A stretch of 64,000 nucleotides of DNA from Octopus vulgaris (lineage: Eukaryota), in contig OX597837.1 in assembly GCA_951406725.2 (NCBI GenBank), positions 18,662,001 through 18,726,000 of the forward strand, read 5' to 3'. The position numbers were made by a program, and so were the translations under genes. A model generated the notes under the pieces. That model searched no databases, was not told where the DNA came from, and was given only the letters and a program-made list of their open reading frames with translations. Each line of letters starts with the position of its first letter. Position 1 is the stretch's first letter. Of this stretch, positions 1-15,540 are shown piece by piece.

Positions 1-62
1 ACTAAACTATGAGTGCATTGCTTCATATTGCAGAAACCGCTGTGTTCTTTTGTCATCCCAAT

Positions 63-140
<78 letters not shown>

Positions 141-144
<4 letters not shown>

Positions 145-258
145 AACACACTTTGGGTCGAACCAGGGACAGCTGATGAAGGGGAATTTTCCTTGTATTG
201 TTTGTCCTGTACTCTGTTTTTTCGTTATTTAAAATTTGTGGTGTCCTGTACTTTTATA
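141..258 (+). repeat. Short interspersed repeat (internally deleted copy of 1516-1692)
   Basis: Near-identical to 1516-1692 (tcgaaacacactttg..gctgatgaaggggaattttccttgtattg..gtggtgtcctgtac); flanked by (TA)n. Confidence 0.8.
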
Positions 259-624
259 TATATATATATATATGCATGTATATATACATGTAGATGTAAG
301 TATGTACATATATGTATGTATATATGCATATATTTTATTTATTTATTATATTAAATATACTTACATACATACATATATACATATATATGTATATATATAT
401 ATGTACATATATATATATACATACATATACATATGCATATATATTCATATATACTACATACATATAAATGAAAATGTATATTAAATGCACAAATGACAAG
501 TACAAAACGTATAACGTATATTGAGTGCACAAACGGACGGAAGACAGACACAGAAGGTTCCTAATCCTGCATCAGTTATCAACAAGATGGTATTAACAGT
601 TTCGCACCATTAATGATATATATA

Positions 625-663
<39 letters not shown>

Positions 664-1010
664 CACATATACACATATACACATATACATATCTATCTGT
701 CTGTCAATCTCTCTCTCTCTCTCTCTGTTTCTCTCTGTCTCTCTCTCTTCTTCTAGCGAAGAATTGCCAAACCTTACTTCCGTGATTTCATAGCTATTTT
801 AAGACAATATTTTGTACATGTGTCATTCCAATGATTTGGACGAATTTAGTTCATAACAGTCAAAGCAATTTCTACAAGGAATATGATGTAGAATCAAATG
901 ACGACATTTCATGTACAGTGAAATACATATAATTGTTTCATAGAGTGTTATTCACAGATTGCATATATGTACGAACTCTGTATACGAATTTATTATAATC
1001 ATACAGACAA

Positions 1011-1400
1011 GGGCGTGGCTGTATGGTAAGAAGCTTGCTTCCCAACCACATGATTCCGGATTCAGTTCCATTGTGTGACACCATAGGTAATTGTCTTCGG
1101 ACCGACCAAAGCCTTGTGAATGGATTTGGTAGATGGAAACTGAAAGAAGCCCAACGTATATATATATATATATATATATTTGTCTTGTCTGTCTGTCTGT
1201 ATCTCTGTATGTATGTATGTGTGCGTGTGTGTGTATCTATGTGTGTGTTTGTATGTCTCCCACCACCGCTTGACAACAATTACTGGTGTATTTACGTTCT
1301 CGTAACTTAGCGATTCGGCAAGTAAAAAACCGTAAAACCCTTTAAGTTGGTAGTAAAGCATGGCTGCAGTCAAATGACTGAAAATAAGTAAAATAAAAGA
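1011..1400 (+). mobile_element. tRNA-derived SINE, family A, with internal microsatellite
   Basis: A-box-like tggctgtatggtaag, B-box-like ggattcagttcc, body ccgaccaaagccttgtgaatggatttggtag, tail catggctgcagtcaaatgactgaaa; many copies in the window. Confidence 0.85.
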
Positions 1401-1515
1401 TAATCTATCGATATTATTGATTTGATTAGCTATCCATTTGCTGTATATTATTAATTCAATGATTAATTTGTTCATTTATATATTCACATACTTATTATAC
1501 AAGTATATATATATA

Positions 1516-1692
1516 TCGAAACACACTTTGAGTCGAACCATGGACAGCTGATGAAGGGGAATTTTCCTTGTATTGTTTGTCCTGTACTCTGTTTTATCGT
1601 TATTTAAAAAAAGTCCGTTTCCTTGTTTGATTTTATGTTCACGTCACTCGTTGCGTTCTACGTTTATTTGTGGTGTCCTGTACTTTTATATA
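1516..1692 (+). repeat. Short interspersed repeat, longer copy of 141-258
   Basis: Direct sequence similarity to 141-258; distant relative on minus strand at about 33428-33630. Confidence 0.75.
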
Positions 1693-2152
1693 CAGACAAT
1701 ATATGTATAATATATCTTTATAATATATGTATCTTTATATACATCTTTATAAACATTCATTTTGTAATTGATGTGAGATGTTATTAAAAAGAAGCGACGT
1801 TGATTGTTTTACATTGTCTACCTCATCTTTGAAGTCGTATGTTGTGGAGTTTCTCTTTTTACTGCTATGAAGCAAATTTGTTCTAAACGTTGGAAACACT
1901 GCTTTCACGGGTTTAAAATATTCCTTTTTGGATGGGAAACTGAATTAGTGAAACAAGTTTCTTTGCTAAAACATTCAATCTGCAAAATATAGCTGTTTGC
2001 TCTATATTAATCTTTCAACTGCTATATAAAGTCTATAAACTAAAGTCCTATCTGGATGTCTTGCCTTAAATGTTTGATTCGAGAATTTACATATATATAT
2101 GATAATTCATTCATATTTGGAAAAAATACATACATATAGGCATATAAAGAGA

Positions 2153-2276
2153 GAGATAATGATGCAAATAAACAAATAAACATACCTGGGTTTGATATAT
2201 AAAATATACATATTTCTATAAATATATGTATATTTTATATATCAAGCCCAAGTGTGTTTATTTGCATCGTTATCTC
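2153..2276. repeat. Short-spacer inverted repeat (about 55-60 bp arms)
   Basis: gagataatgatgcaaataaaca..gggtttgatatataaaatatacata / tatgtatattttatatatcaagccc..tgtttatttgcatcgttatctc. Confidence 0.8.
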
Positions 2277-2668
2277 CAAGGATTTAGCCCTCGATAAAGA
2301 TTTCGATGTGCACGTTCAAATCATTTGAGTGCTACTACGTGTTTTCTATATGGAGCATCTCTAGATCTCACCTGTTGACTCTGTATATATATATATATAT
2401 ATACACACATACAAATATATATGTATATATAATAATAATAATAATAATAATATTAGGGAATATTATTCCAAACTTACAGGGAAAAATTCAATTTAGTAAT
2501 ACTAAATCAAATTTCACAATATATATGTATATAAATTAAAGAAGAACCACCTTTTATTAATTCAACAATGAAATAACAATGATATAATTAAATTATGCCA
2601 TATAGAAAAAAACATATACCAATAATTAAGTAAAGTACAAAATAATAAATAAAACTTATATAATACAC

Positions 2669-2699
<31 letters not shown>

Positions 2700-2703
2700 T
2701 GTA

Positions 2704-2793
<90 letters not shown>

Positions 2794-2865
2794 ATCCAAA
2801 CAAGAAAGCAAAAAAAAAAAACACAACAACGCGAGGACGTGGAACAAATATAGTATTATTGGACG

Positions 2866-2966
<101 letters not shown>

Positions 2967-3185
2967 ATATGTATGTATATATATATTTATATATATGTGT
3001 GTGTATGTATATGTATAGCAGAAACAACTGTAAGCTAATGAAGTTCATAAAATAATTGTTTGTTCCTTTGTCATTCCAATTTCATTTTAGTGCTCTGTAC
3101 TAGACCAATGCTTCGTTGTGAAGCGTATATTGAGTTCTAACACTAGATTATTAGCCAAATATTAAAATACATTCATACATACTTA

Positions 3186-3245
<60 letters not shown>

Positions 3246-3675
3246 CATATATACATGCACATGTATAAAAAAAAACATAAGAAACACTCCGGGTCTGAAT
3301 GAAATACCTGTTGAGTAGAATCGCTTTGGAGGAGAATACATACATACATGCATACATACATACATACATACATACATACATACATACATACATACATACA
3401 TACACACAAACATAAATATATATATACACACACACGGATGTGTATGATTTTGTATAGAAGAATATATTACTCAAAGAAATTCCAATTTTGATTGTCACGT
3501 TTTACTGACACTCTTAATATAATATAATAATATAATATAATATAATATAATATATTACTATAGGGAGATACTCTATCATTTCATTATATTTTATATCATC
3601 TTATACTATATTTTTATAAGATTGTAAATAAAACCTGAAAATCAGACAAAGTTGGAATTTCTTTGAGTAATATAA

Positions 3676-3755
<80 letters not shown>

Positions 3756-3846
3756 TAGAAGAAATAAGGTACTCAGAGCCATCCAGATTTCTGGGTATCT
3801 TATTTCTTCTCATATATAATACCAGTGCATCACCTCCAAACACACA

Positions 3847-3934
<88 letters not shown>

Positions 3935-4348
3935 CATACAACGTAAACATTAAAGACTGAACACAAAATGGATCTAGAAGCTAGATTCGATCATGAAACT
4001 GTTTGGCAGTTTGCAGATGTATATTTTCATAAACGCATACTTATATGAATGCGAATATCGATTTGTTCACTTGCATGTTTATGTAAGTGCGAGGACATGT
4101 CCGTATATACAAAAATATAAATTGTGTCTGTGTACGTCATTCGCACGGTTATGCCAATTTCAACCCTGACTTAGTGTCCTTAGTACTAAAATACCTTGAT
4201 TCGAACGAATCCTACAAATAATTAATTACATTTGTAGACAGTGCCCCAGCATGGCTGCTGCTCTCGAGCTGATAGTAGTTCGCGTTCTTGTCCCATTTTG
4301 TATTTTTATATATATTTTTTATACACATATATATATATATATATATGT

Positions 4349-4397
4349 GCTTCCTGATGATTTCTTCTGAATGAAACAGTTCTAGTCCTGTAGAAGC
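4349..4397 (+). ncRNA. Type I hammerhead ribozyme motif
   Basis: gcttc-CTGATGA-tttcttctgaat-GAAACAG-ttctagtc-CTGTA^gaagc: perfect 5-bp stem I, 4-bp stem III, GUA cleavage triplet; the first stem II pair is U.U. Confidence 0.7.
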
Positions 4398-4402
4398 TCC
4401 TT

Positions 4403-4468
<66 letters not shown>

Positions 4469-4553
4469 AATACAGTGTACATTTAAACACATAAAAGGCC
4501 TCCATCATAGGACTCCTTGCACGCTAGAAAGAACGGTTAAATTATTAATTATA

Positions 4554-4700
4554 GGCGCAGGAGTTATAAGTAGCTTGCTTACCAACCACATGTTTCCAAG
4601 TTCAGTCCCACTGCGTGGCATTTTGAACAAGTGTCTTCTGCTATAACCTCGGACCGACCAAAGCTTTGTGAGGGGATTTGGTAGATAGAAACTGAAAGCA
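4554..4700 (+). mobile_element. SINE family A, 5' part
   Basis: ccaaccacatg..gttcagtcccactgcgtggca..ccgaccaaagctttgtgaggggatttggtag. Confidence 0.8.
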
Positions 4701-4749
4701 GACACATGCTTGAAACAAATAAAAGAATAAGACAATATATATGTATGTA

Positions 4750-4862
<113 letters not shown>

Positions 4863-4963
4863 ATACATTTTTATATATATATATATTATATATAATCGAT
4901 TTGGCTGCCTTCCTATTATATATATTAATATATGTATATGCTTATGCAATTACGTATACATAC

Positions 4964-5014
<51 letters not shown>

Positions 5015-5221
5015 CATTTGGCTGCCTTTATATTATATACAAATTGATATATATATGCATGTGCATATATATATATATATATTTAAAAAAAGGAGATGTC
5101 GAACACGAGTGGTGATATATAAAAAAAGGAAATGAAGAAAATGCTGACAAATAATTGAAGTAATTTAAGTAATTTAATTAGGTGAAGTTCTTTTTACCGG
5201 TTGCGCATTTGTTATGCTTAT

Positions 5222-5274
<53 letters not shown>

Positions 5275-5454
5275 ATATATTGGATAGATAGATAGATAGA
5301 TACATATATACATACATACATATACACATATAGACATATGTATCTATCTATATAATATACACACCCATCTATCCTTATACATATGCACACACACATGTTT
5401 GTGTATATGTGTGTGTGTTTGTGTGTATGATAATTATTATATGTAATACATACA

Positions 5455-5585
5455 GGCACAGGCGGTGGTTGTGTTCTACCGCGTGGCACCTTTGGCATGT
5501 GTTTTCTACTATAGCCTGGGGCCGATCAAACTGACTAAATCTTTGTGAATGGATTTGGTAGACGGAAACTGAAAGAAGCCCGTTG
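5455..5585 (+). mobile_element. SINE family A, deleted 5' part
   Basis: gcgtggcacc..ttgtgaatggatttggtagacggaaactgaaagaagccc. Confidence 0.7.
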
Positions 5586-5610
5586 TATAAATACATACAT
5601 ACATACATAC

Positions 5611-5664
<54 letters not shown>

Positions 5665-5701
5665 GATATATAGATAGATATATCGATACAAATATATGTA
5701 C

Positions 5702-5752
<51 letters not shown>

Positions 5753-5899
5753 TGTAGAAGTTTGAAAAGGAACACACGAGTTGATATGTATATGAAAAAA
5801 AAAAGTTAAGGTAGAAAATGATAAATTAATTTTATAAAAAACATTTCAGTACCTGTTTCAGTTACTGACACTTTTTCAACTGTAATGTTTTTCCATACT

Positions 5900-6009
<110 letters not shown>

Positions 6010-6041
6010 TATACACACACATATATATATATATATATGTA

Positions 6042-6074
<33 letters not shown>

Positions 6075-6083
6075 ATATATATG

Positions 6084-6137
<54 letters not shown>

Positions 6138-6138
6138 G

Positions 6139-6172
<34 letters not shown>

Positions 6173-6193
6173 GTATGTATATATGTATGTATG

Positions 6194-6284
<91 letters not shown>

Positions 6285-6295
6285 GTATATATATG

Positions 6296-6640
6296 TATAA
6301 ACCTTAACTTGTAATCAGGATAGAGCAACTGTAGATTTCTCAATAGTTTAGCATAGGTATTCTCTTTTTCACTGATCTTCAGCTTTATCTTAACATCCTC
6401 TGGACAGCGAATTTCCACATTTGTGCACAGTTTCTCTTCTCCATCCCCAAATCATTATATCTGGTCTATTGTGCTTACATTTTATTGAGGTCTACACTGG
6501 GATATTACAGCCGTATTCCTTTTTATTATGAGTAGCTATGGCTTTTACCATACTGTAGGTTCTTATTTCTTTGTCCTCGGGGTTACCCTTCCGACAGTTT
6601 TCATTACAGAGAGTTCTAGCTACAACATCATGTCTCATGA
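6296..6640 (-). pseudogene. R4/Dong-like non-LTR retrotransposon fragment (restriction-like endonuclease region)
   Basis: Frameshifted translation [34 protein letters not shown]: RHx, PD and EK-Y motifs of RLE-type LINEs. Confidence 0.7.
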
Positions 6641-6678
6641 TGTATGTATGTGTGTAAAAATATGTGTATATATATATA

Positions 6679-6722
<44 letters not shown>

Positions 6723-7112
6723 CGTGCCTACATATATGTGTGTGTGTGTATATGTGCGCGTATTTATGTATATATGTATAACTCGCAGCACACATAAAAA
6801 AACTATGAATAAATGATAACAATATTATCTATAACTTTATATGTGTGCTTCAAGATATACTATTCCAAAACATAAGAATATATGGATGTGTGTGTTTGTG
6901 TATAAATACACACACACACACACACACGCACATATATGCTGTATATGTTTGTACTTACATGTATTAATATATCTGTGAATATATATGAACTTGAAAATAT
7001 ATGCGTGTACGTAGGCATGTATGTATATGCGTACACACACCATACATACATACATACATACATTCATACATACATACATACATACATACATACATACAAA
7101 CATAATACATAC

Positions 7113-7546
<434 letters not shown>

Positions 7547-7559
7547 ATAATGTGTGTGC

Positions 7560-7603
<44 letters not shown>

Positions 7604-8234
7604 GCACACACATTTAGTTCATAATATATTCATAATATATCATATATAATGTGTAATTCATTATTCATAATACAAAATATATAATATATATTACGGCAGC
7701 AGAATATCTCAAATAATTAATAAAAAAAAATGAATTACTATATAAACTAATTTTAAAATGGTGATCAAAAAGTAGTAATTTCACAGTCATTTCTGTTAGC
7801 TAAGAACACAGAAGTTGTTTATTTAACTTTTCATTCATTTTTTTCAGGTGTTAACATTTTGACGCCTCACCGCGACTTGACATAATGTTATAGGAAACTT
7901 TTCTTAAATGGCTAAAATGAATCTTCTTTATTGTAAACGCCCTAGTTTTAAAACATTATCTCTGATCGAGTCACTTTCCAGACATGGGCAAATCCAATAT
8001 TTTTCAGGAATTTCCAAATTATTAAAATGTGTACAAGTCATCTATTGTCGAATAGTAGATGACTTTTATAATATTTGTTTTATTATTCATTATAATAAAA
8101 CAAATATTTCTACAAAAGGTGTAACTTTTCTTGGTCAAATTTGTCAGTTTTTTTTCTTTAAATATGATCAAACAATCGTGTTATATATAACGTATAACAA
8201 ATATCATATATGTAAACATATATACATGTGTATA

Positions 8235-8282
<48 letters not shown>

Positions 8283-9038
8283 TGTATGCATATATATCTA
8301 TATATCCATATATATATGTATGTATATGTATGTATATATATATGTATGTATATGTATGTATATATATATGTATGTATATATATATGTATGTATATGTATG
8401 TATATATATATGTATGTGTGTGTGTGTGTGTGTATGTGTGTATACACAGACTCCCTCTCTCACCCACATATATATTAGAGGAAAAATGACAACAAAAATC
8501 AAGGCAGGACGAGTACCTCAAGTCATTTAGAATATTTAATTAGTGAGATGAATTTGGGGTAATTAGTTAATGGCCGATAAACGTATATCAGGTACATGCA
8601 TGACAACCATATGTGTGCGAGATGGTAACCTCGTATTAAGATAAACAGCGCATGGTCTTGCAGATGGTACCCAGTTGGAATTTTCTCCCGGTCGAGGAGG
8701 TGATTCAGCTCAAAAGATCCCTGAATAAGATTTGCTGAAAAATGATGAACGAAACACCCTTGTTTTAAGGGGCGAATTATTCAAACCCCAACGATTCCCT
8801 CTCGGCACGTGGTTATGAGGTTCCCCCACTATTCCTGCTTAGTGATGTACATATAGTCAGTCACTAATGGACATGCTCACCTATTTATGATCATGCAACT
8901 GACAAGCAAGTCTATGATATTTAGAAGAATATTCGCTGTAGCCCATTTTTTACAAAACATGTACATATTAACACTTCCAATAAGTTAAGATCAGAAGCCA
9001 CGAGAACCACTGCTTAGTACTGTATTATTATTATTATT

Positions 9039-9311
9039 CCTTCATAACAAAGTGAAGGTAAAAATGCACCGGAGTCTTTAGTCATCTGTCAGGTCACAAC
9101 AAGGACCTCAGACAGATAATACTTTCCTTAAGATGTACGTTGTGCCTAATAAGGCTGCATTTTGCAAGACATCAGTCTTGCATGGGATTTTCAGTTGCCT
9201 GAAGAAGTTTTGAAGTTTCAGTGGGATTGAGCCAAACGCTCCGATCACCACCGGTATCACTTTTGCATTACCCTCTCGCATTTCATACAGTCTTGATTTT
9301 AAAACAGGCAA
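9039..9311 (-). mobile_element. R4/Dong-like retrotransposon 3' end abutting (TAA)n
   Basis: VIPVVIGAFGSIP..LQNAALLGTTYILRKVL* is the typical R4/Dong C-terminus; short 3' UTR then (TAA)n (9024-9038 read on minus). Confidence 0.75.
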
Positions 9312-9477
9312 GGAAGATTTTATTGTGTAAAGTTTTCACTTTAAACTGTAAAGCAAGATTATAAGCACAAGATGTTCACAGACGATACTTAAAATTATTT
9401 ACCAGGAGAGAGTATTTAATTTGTGCATCTTAATATCTGAAATAACAATGGAGAATACATACGTAATACATACATAC

Positions 9478-9567
<90 letters not shown>

Positions 9568-9572
9568 CATAC

Positions 9573-9613
<41 letters not shown>

Positions 9614-10753
9614 ACGTGTAGCAAAACTAACAGCGCTGCCCCAGCATGACCGCAACTTTGATGCTGAAACTGGTTACAGAGTTAAAGAGTATATACATTA
9701 ATGTTATTAATAAATTATTGAATTTGCGTAATATTGCAGCATTTAACGTTTGTCTCCTTAAGTTTTGATCAAAACGAAATGAGATTCTGTAAGAGATCAT
9801 CAATACAAATTCTCAACATAACCACGTCTTATGAGATTATTAATTTTCTAAATCACTATGAGGTGTCTGCTACTTAGGGTTTAATCAAACTTCAACTAAA
9901 GTCATAATTGTAGAAGCTATATTTAAATTTAGATTAGCCACCGTATTAGCTAATCGATGAACGTTCTTCCTTCAAATTTGCAGATGGATCGATAGGAATA
10001 ACTACAATTCGATAATAAGGAAGGCTTGGGAGTCTCCTCTTTCATTTCTTTGAATTTAGGACCACTTAAGAAGATGTGTTACACGCTTCTTTATAGCTTA
10101 ACCTAGAGCTACTAAACACGTGCACACACATGCACATACACATACACGCACACGCATACATACATACATACGTACTGCAGGACAAGCACATTTATCTTTA
10201 CCACTTTGTTCTATTTTTACCAATCGTTATGTTGGTGAATTTAAGATCGAATTAAATGAAATTAAAGGTCCTTGTTCAGCATTGCTTAATTGTTTGGCTT
10301 TCCTCACTACTTTAACCTATACCTACTGACTCAAAGGGATGCCACCTTTAGCCGTTTTTGAACAAGACATTCACACAACCACAACTTCAACCGCTATCCC
10401 TATTGATTGTTCTTTTTTACGATCCCTTTTGATCGAAAACCTATCTCACCTTTTTTTTCTCCCCCAAAAGAAAAGGTCTACTTTGTAATTTGTCCCCTCT
10501 GTGTTCAGCCCTGTGTGGCTAATAAAGAAACATATGTATGTATATATACGTATATAATTATAAATGTATATCTGTAGATAAATAAATATACACACATATA
10601 TGTGACTAAAAGAATTTGATTGATTTGTAACTCCTCAAGCATCTAAACATATAAATACCATTATTAACCATTTTCATATATAAAAAAAAACATTTGTACT
10701 TTTTAAACTTGTTTTACAGCACAAAGAGGCGAACCCATATGTTACAAATATGA

Positions 10754-10828
<75 letters not shown>

Positions 10829-10842
10829 AATAGATAGCTAGG

Positions 10843-10880
<38 letters not shown>

Positions 10881-10906
10881 CATACATACATACATACATA
10901 CATACA

Positions 10907-10942
<36 letters not shown>

Positions 10943-11281
10943 CTTAGAAATATAAAAACATAGATACATACGTATACAAATATTTATATAATTGATTATT
11001 TATAGGATGGACTTGAACCAAGGTATTTTACTGATAAGTCAGGGTTGAGATTAGCGTGTCTGTGTATATATCGGATACGGACACTCACGGATATGTCATT
11101 GTATACACGGACATGCCCTAACACTTCTATATACATGCACATGAACAAATCAATATATACATATATATATATATGAAGTTTCACACTTATACATTCCGGT
11201 ATGCAGTTTCACGACCCACCGCGAGTTCCAGTTCCAACATAAGGAAGGTTTCAGGTGTGGTGATTACATGGATCACAACCC

Positions 11282-11336
<55 letters not shown>

Positions 11337-11610
11337 TTTTTCTTTCTAAATGGTTAACAAGTGAAGACTAGAGCTGCAGCTATTACATTTATTCTATGGT
11401 TTACCATTGTTTCAGTAACGTGAAGGTAACAAGCAAATCAAATAACGTGCATAAAGACATGGAAGAAAGCAACGATATTGTCGTGCAAATTGTATAATGT
11501 GGTTTTCATAAAGACCATAATGATGCCCTCAAAGCATACATACACGTACATACGTACAAACGCATATACGCATAAAGCATAAATGTATATATACATATAC
11601 GCATATATAT

Positions 11611-11682
<72 letters not shown>

Positions 11683-11810
11683 GAATAATAATAAAAGTTC
11701 TTGGTACAGGATAGTATATTTGAAAAAATGAGTAGAGGTGAATGGGGAGGGGGGATAAAAATAAAAATTACCCCTCCAAAAGCCATCTCTACTCATTTTT
11801 TCAAATATGC

Positions 11811-11844
<34 letters not shown>

Positions 11845-12277
11845 GCATACACACATATACTTACACACACACACACATATATATTGACGTCATAAGCATT
11901 TTATAAACATTCGGGAGAACGTGAAATAATACTTTAATGGAATTCTCGAAACAGACATAAAGATATAAGAAACAGTATATAAATATTGAAAAACACTTTT
12001 GGGGGAGAAAAAGTGTTTTTAACCTAATACTTTTCATGTTAATATTTATAACGTTATGTGTGCTTCGAGAATTCCTTTAAAATATAATGTGTGTGTACAC
12101 GTACACACACACACACACACACACATACACACACATACACACACACACACATACGCACACACACGTACTTAAATACACGTATATATGTATATAAACATAT
12201 ATATGTATATGTAAGCAGTCGTTATTACTATATCGTGCAATCATGAATAAACTACATATAAAAATTTGCGAAGTCAA

Positions 12278-12289
12278 CAAGCAAAACAT

Positions 12290-12320
<31 letters not shown>

Positions 12321-12321
12321 G

Positions 12322-12352
<31 letters not shown>

Positions 12353-12456
12353 GCGCGCGCACTTTTACAAATATTTAGGGAATCACAGCAAGAGGCGGAA
12401 ACCACTAAGCGTTTGGGACAAGCAAGCAAAACATGTAACACACACACACACACACG

Positions 12457-12507
<51 letters not shown>

Positions 12508-12550
12508 AGGGAACAAATATTTAGGGAAACCACTAAGCGTTTGGGACAAG
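12278..12550. repeat. Local tandem duplication (two units with variable (CA)n)
   Basis: caagcaaaacatgtaacac..caaatatttaggga..aaaccactaagcgtttgggacaag occurs twice head-to-tail. Confidence 0.8.
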
Positions 12551-13464
12551 TCATTTAATGAATTTGGGATCGAGTGATTTAATAAACGACATGGATTAAA
12601 AAATTATATTACGACAAACCGCTAAATGAGAGTAGAAGAAACAGTTATTGTCTATATTTATATATATTATAATGGAGAAACCTGCTTATTAATTAGGTAT
12701 TAATTAGGTATGTAAAAGTTATGTAACAGTATGTAACAGTTATTTCAGAAGTTTATTGAACTACAAATTTTAATATTCGTTGTATTCTCTGTAGATTTAA
12801 TAAACAGTATTTATTCGGTGCAGGTGAAATTTTCCGTTTTCATTTGCAACAATCTCTCATTCTCTCTCGCCTCTATTTTCATTAATGATAAAATTAATAT
12901 ATATATTCATTTCACTGTTTTCATTTCAAGTTTTAATTTGCTATTTGGAAAAGCCAAAGTTTATTCTATATATGTAATGTAAAAAAATATTTAGTGAATG
13001 AATGAATAGCTGTATAACATTCTGGCTTCTTTTTGATAAAATGAAATTTTTTTAATATACCTATAAAATTCTTTAAAAAAAATAATAATTCAGAAATGAT
13101 TTTGTTAGTATTGCTGTTTGGAACGCTATAAGCCTTACAATAATAACTATGTGATCGCTGCAATTTCTAGCACGTTAGACGTTGTAGGGTTATCTTGAAG
13201 TTTGTTTAAATTACAGCTATATTACAACTACGATAAATTACTGAAAGAAATATTTACGGAGCTAGTGAGATTTCTTATAAATTTGAATTTTCGGGAAAAT
13301 TTACTTTCGGAACTTTCTTTTATTATTGAATATTTTGAGTTCACAAATTTCATTATTCGGTACCAAAAGGATGCCGATAGTTTTTTAAGGAGCTTTTATT
13401 TATACGATTTATTTCATTCATTGTTTGCAATGATCTCTTCCACCTCTCTCTCTCACACACAAAG

Positions 13465-13500
<36 letters not shown>

Positions 13501-13668
13501 GTCAGGTTTAACTAGCAGAATCCCCGCCCAGAGGATGGTCTTTCTGGTAGTCTTAACAATGGATTGAATTTATATATATATATACACATTTATATATATA
13601 TGTATGTATGTATATATATATGTATTTATGTATGAACTTGGGTATGTATATATCTATATGTATATCTA

Positions 13669-13790
<122 letters not shown>

Positions 13791-13831
13791 GTATGTATGT
13801 GTATATGTAAATGTATATGTACATATGTATG

Positions 13832-13870
<39 letters not shown>

Positions 13871-13884
13871 TATGTATATATATG

Positions 13885-13927
<43 letters not shown>

Positions 13928-14003
13928 TTATATGGACATATACTTGTATGGGCATATACAACTATGACATATATACATGCCTGCGTATGCGAATGTATTT
14001 AGG

Positions 14004-14099
<96 letters not shown>

Positions 14100-14311
14100 T
14101 GTAAATATATGTATACATATATATATATATATATATATTTATATAAATATATATACAGACCCACACACACACATATATACGTTTATATATATATCATTTA
14201 AAGCAGTTTCATTCGACTCAATGCGACTTTTGGGAACCTCTAGAAGCCTGTCTCTTTCAGGTTTAACTTTAAATATACATGTAAGTCCCACTAAATGTGT
14301 TGAGTGACCCG

Positions 14312-14450
<139 letters not shown>

Positions 14451-14671
14451 ATATATATATATGTGTGTATATATATATGTATGTATATATATATATGTAG
14501 GTTATGTATGGATGTATATATAAATAAATACACGCGCACACACACAGAGGCACAAACTCATATACGTTTATATGAGTGTGTGCGTGTGTGCGTGAGTGGG
14601 CGGGTGTGTGTGTGTGTATATATATATATATGTATACATACGTATTTCTATAATCTCTCTCTATTTACCTT

Positions 14672-14754
<83 letters not shown>

Positions 14755-14873
14755 GTATACATATAATGAATTTAGGGTGAATACTTGATAAGTGTAAGCA
14801 CCTGTATATGCCAGCTAGTGGTATAGGTGATAGGATATATGTATCAAAAGATAAACAGGACTCAAAGGATTTT

Positions 14874-14960
14874 GCGGTACATATGTTTCGGGCGTTATTG
14901 GACAACTTATATCAATGCATAATTGATATAACAGATTGATCAAAAGCCTTCTTCAGCCGC
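14874..14960 (-). ncRNA. Minimal type I hammerhead ribozyme motif
   Basis: Minus strand: gcgg-CTGAAGA-aggc..(about 50 nt)..gccc-GAAACATATGTA^ccgc; stem I gcgg/ccgc, palindromic stem III ACATATGT. Confidence 0.75.
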
Positions 14961-15202
14961 GTCCAATTACCACATGAAAGACACGTATCACATTATAGCA
15001 GGTTTGAGAAAAAAATTTGGAAAAAAGCTGAGTTTCATTGGGAAAGTAAATCCTCATAGGCGTATATGGCATATACATATATACATATATATATATACAT
15101 GTATATATACATGTATATACATATATATGCATATATATATATATGTGTGTGTGTTTATATGTGCATATATGTATGTATATACATATGTATATATATATGT
15201 AC

Positions 15203-15257
<55 letters not shown>

Positions 15258-15442
15258 TATGTATAGATTTTCTTGGGGCCTGCCAGATTGGAGCAGTCTC
15301 GAGTAACCGGCGGAAATTGCAGGGTCGATCTGGAACTTGATTGGCGATAGAAAGCTTGTCCTTGTATTTTCTTATCCTTCTTTGTATCGCCTAACTGTCC
15401 GGATGTTTTGTTGTCGGGTGTTACGTTCTTGTTCTATTTTTT

Positions 15443-15477
<35 letters not shown>

Positions 15478-15540
15478 GGTCCCGGGTTGATTCGGGGTTA
15501 ACCACAGTAAGTAAGGTACTCAATACATAGCAGAGTAAAA

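Noticed and set aside
1011-1085. tRNA genes
   Set aside because: A/B boxes belong to SINE heads; no complete cloverleaf could be built
7830-7900. Polypyrimidine tract plus CAG as a possible splice acceptor
   Set aside because: No recognisable exon peptide or matching donor; common by chance in AT-rich DNA
8580-9020. Higher-complexity block that may be an interspersed repeat
   Set aside because: No second copy or diagnostic motif in the window
10754-10878. (CTAT)n followed by (TAGA)n inverted microsatellite
   Set aside because: No unique-sequence arms; explained by simple-repeat turnover
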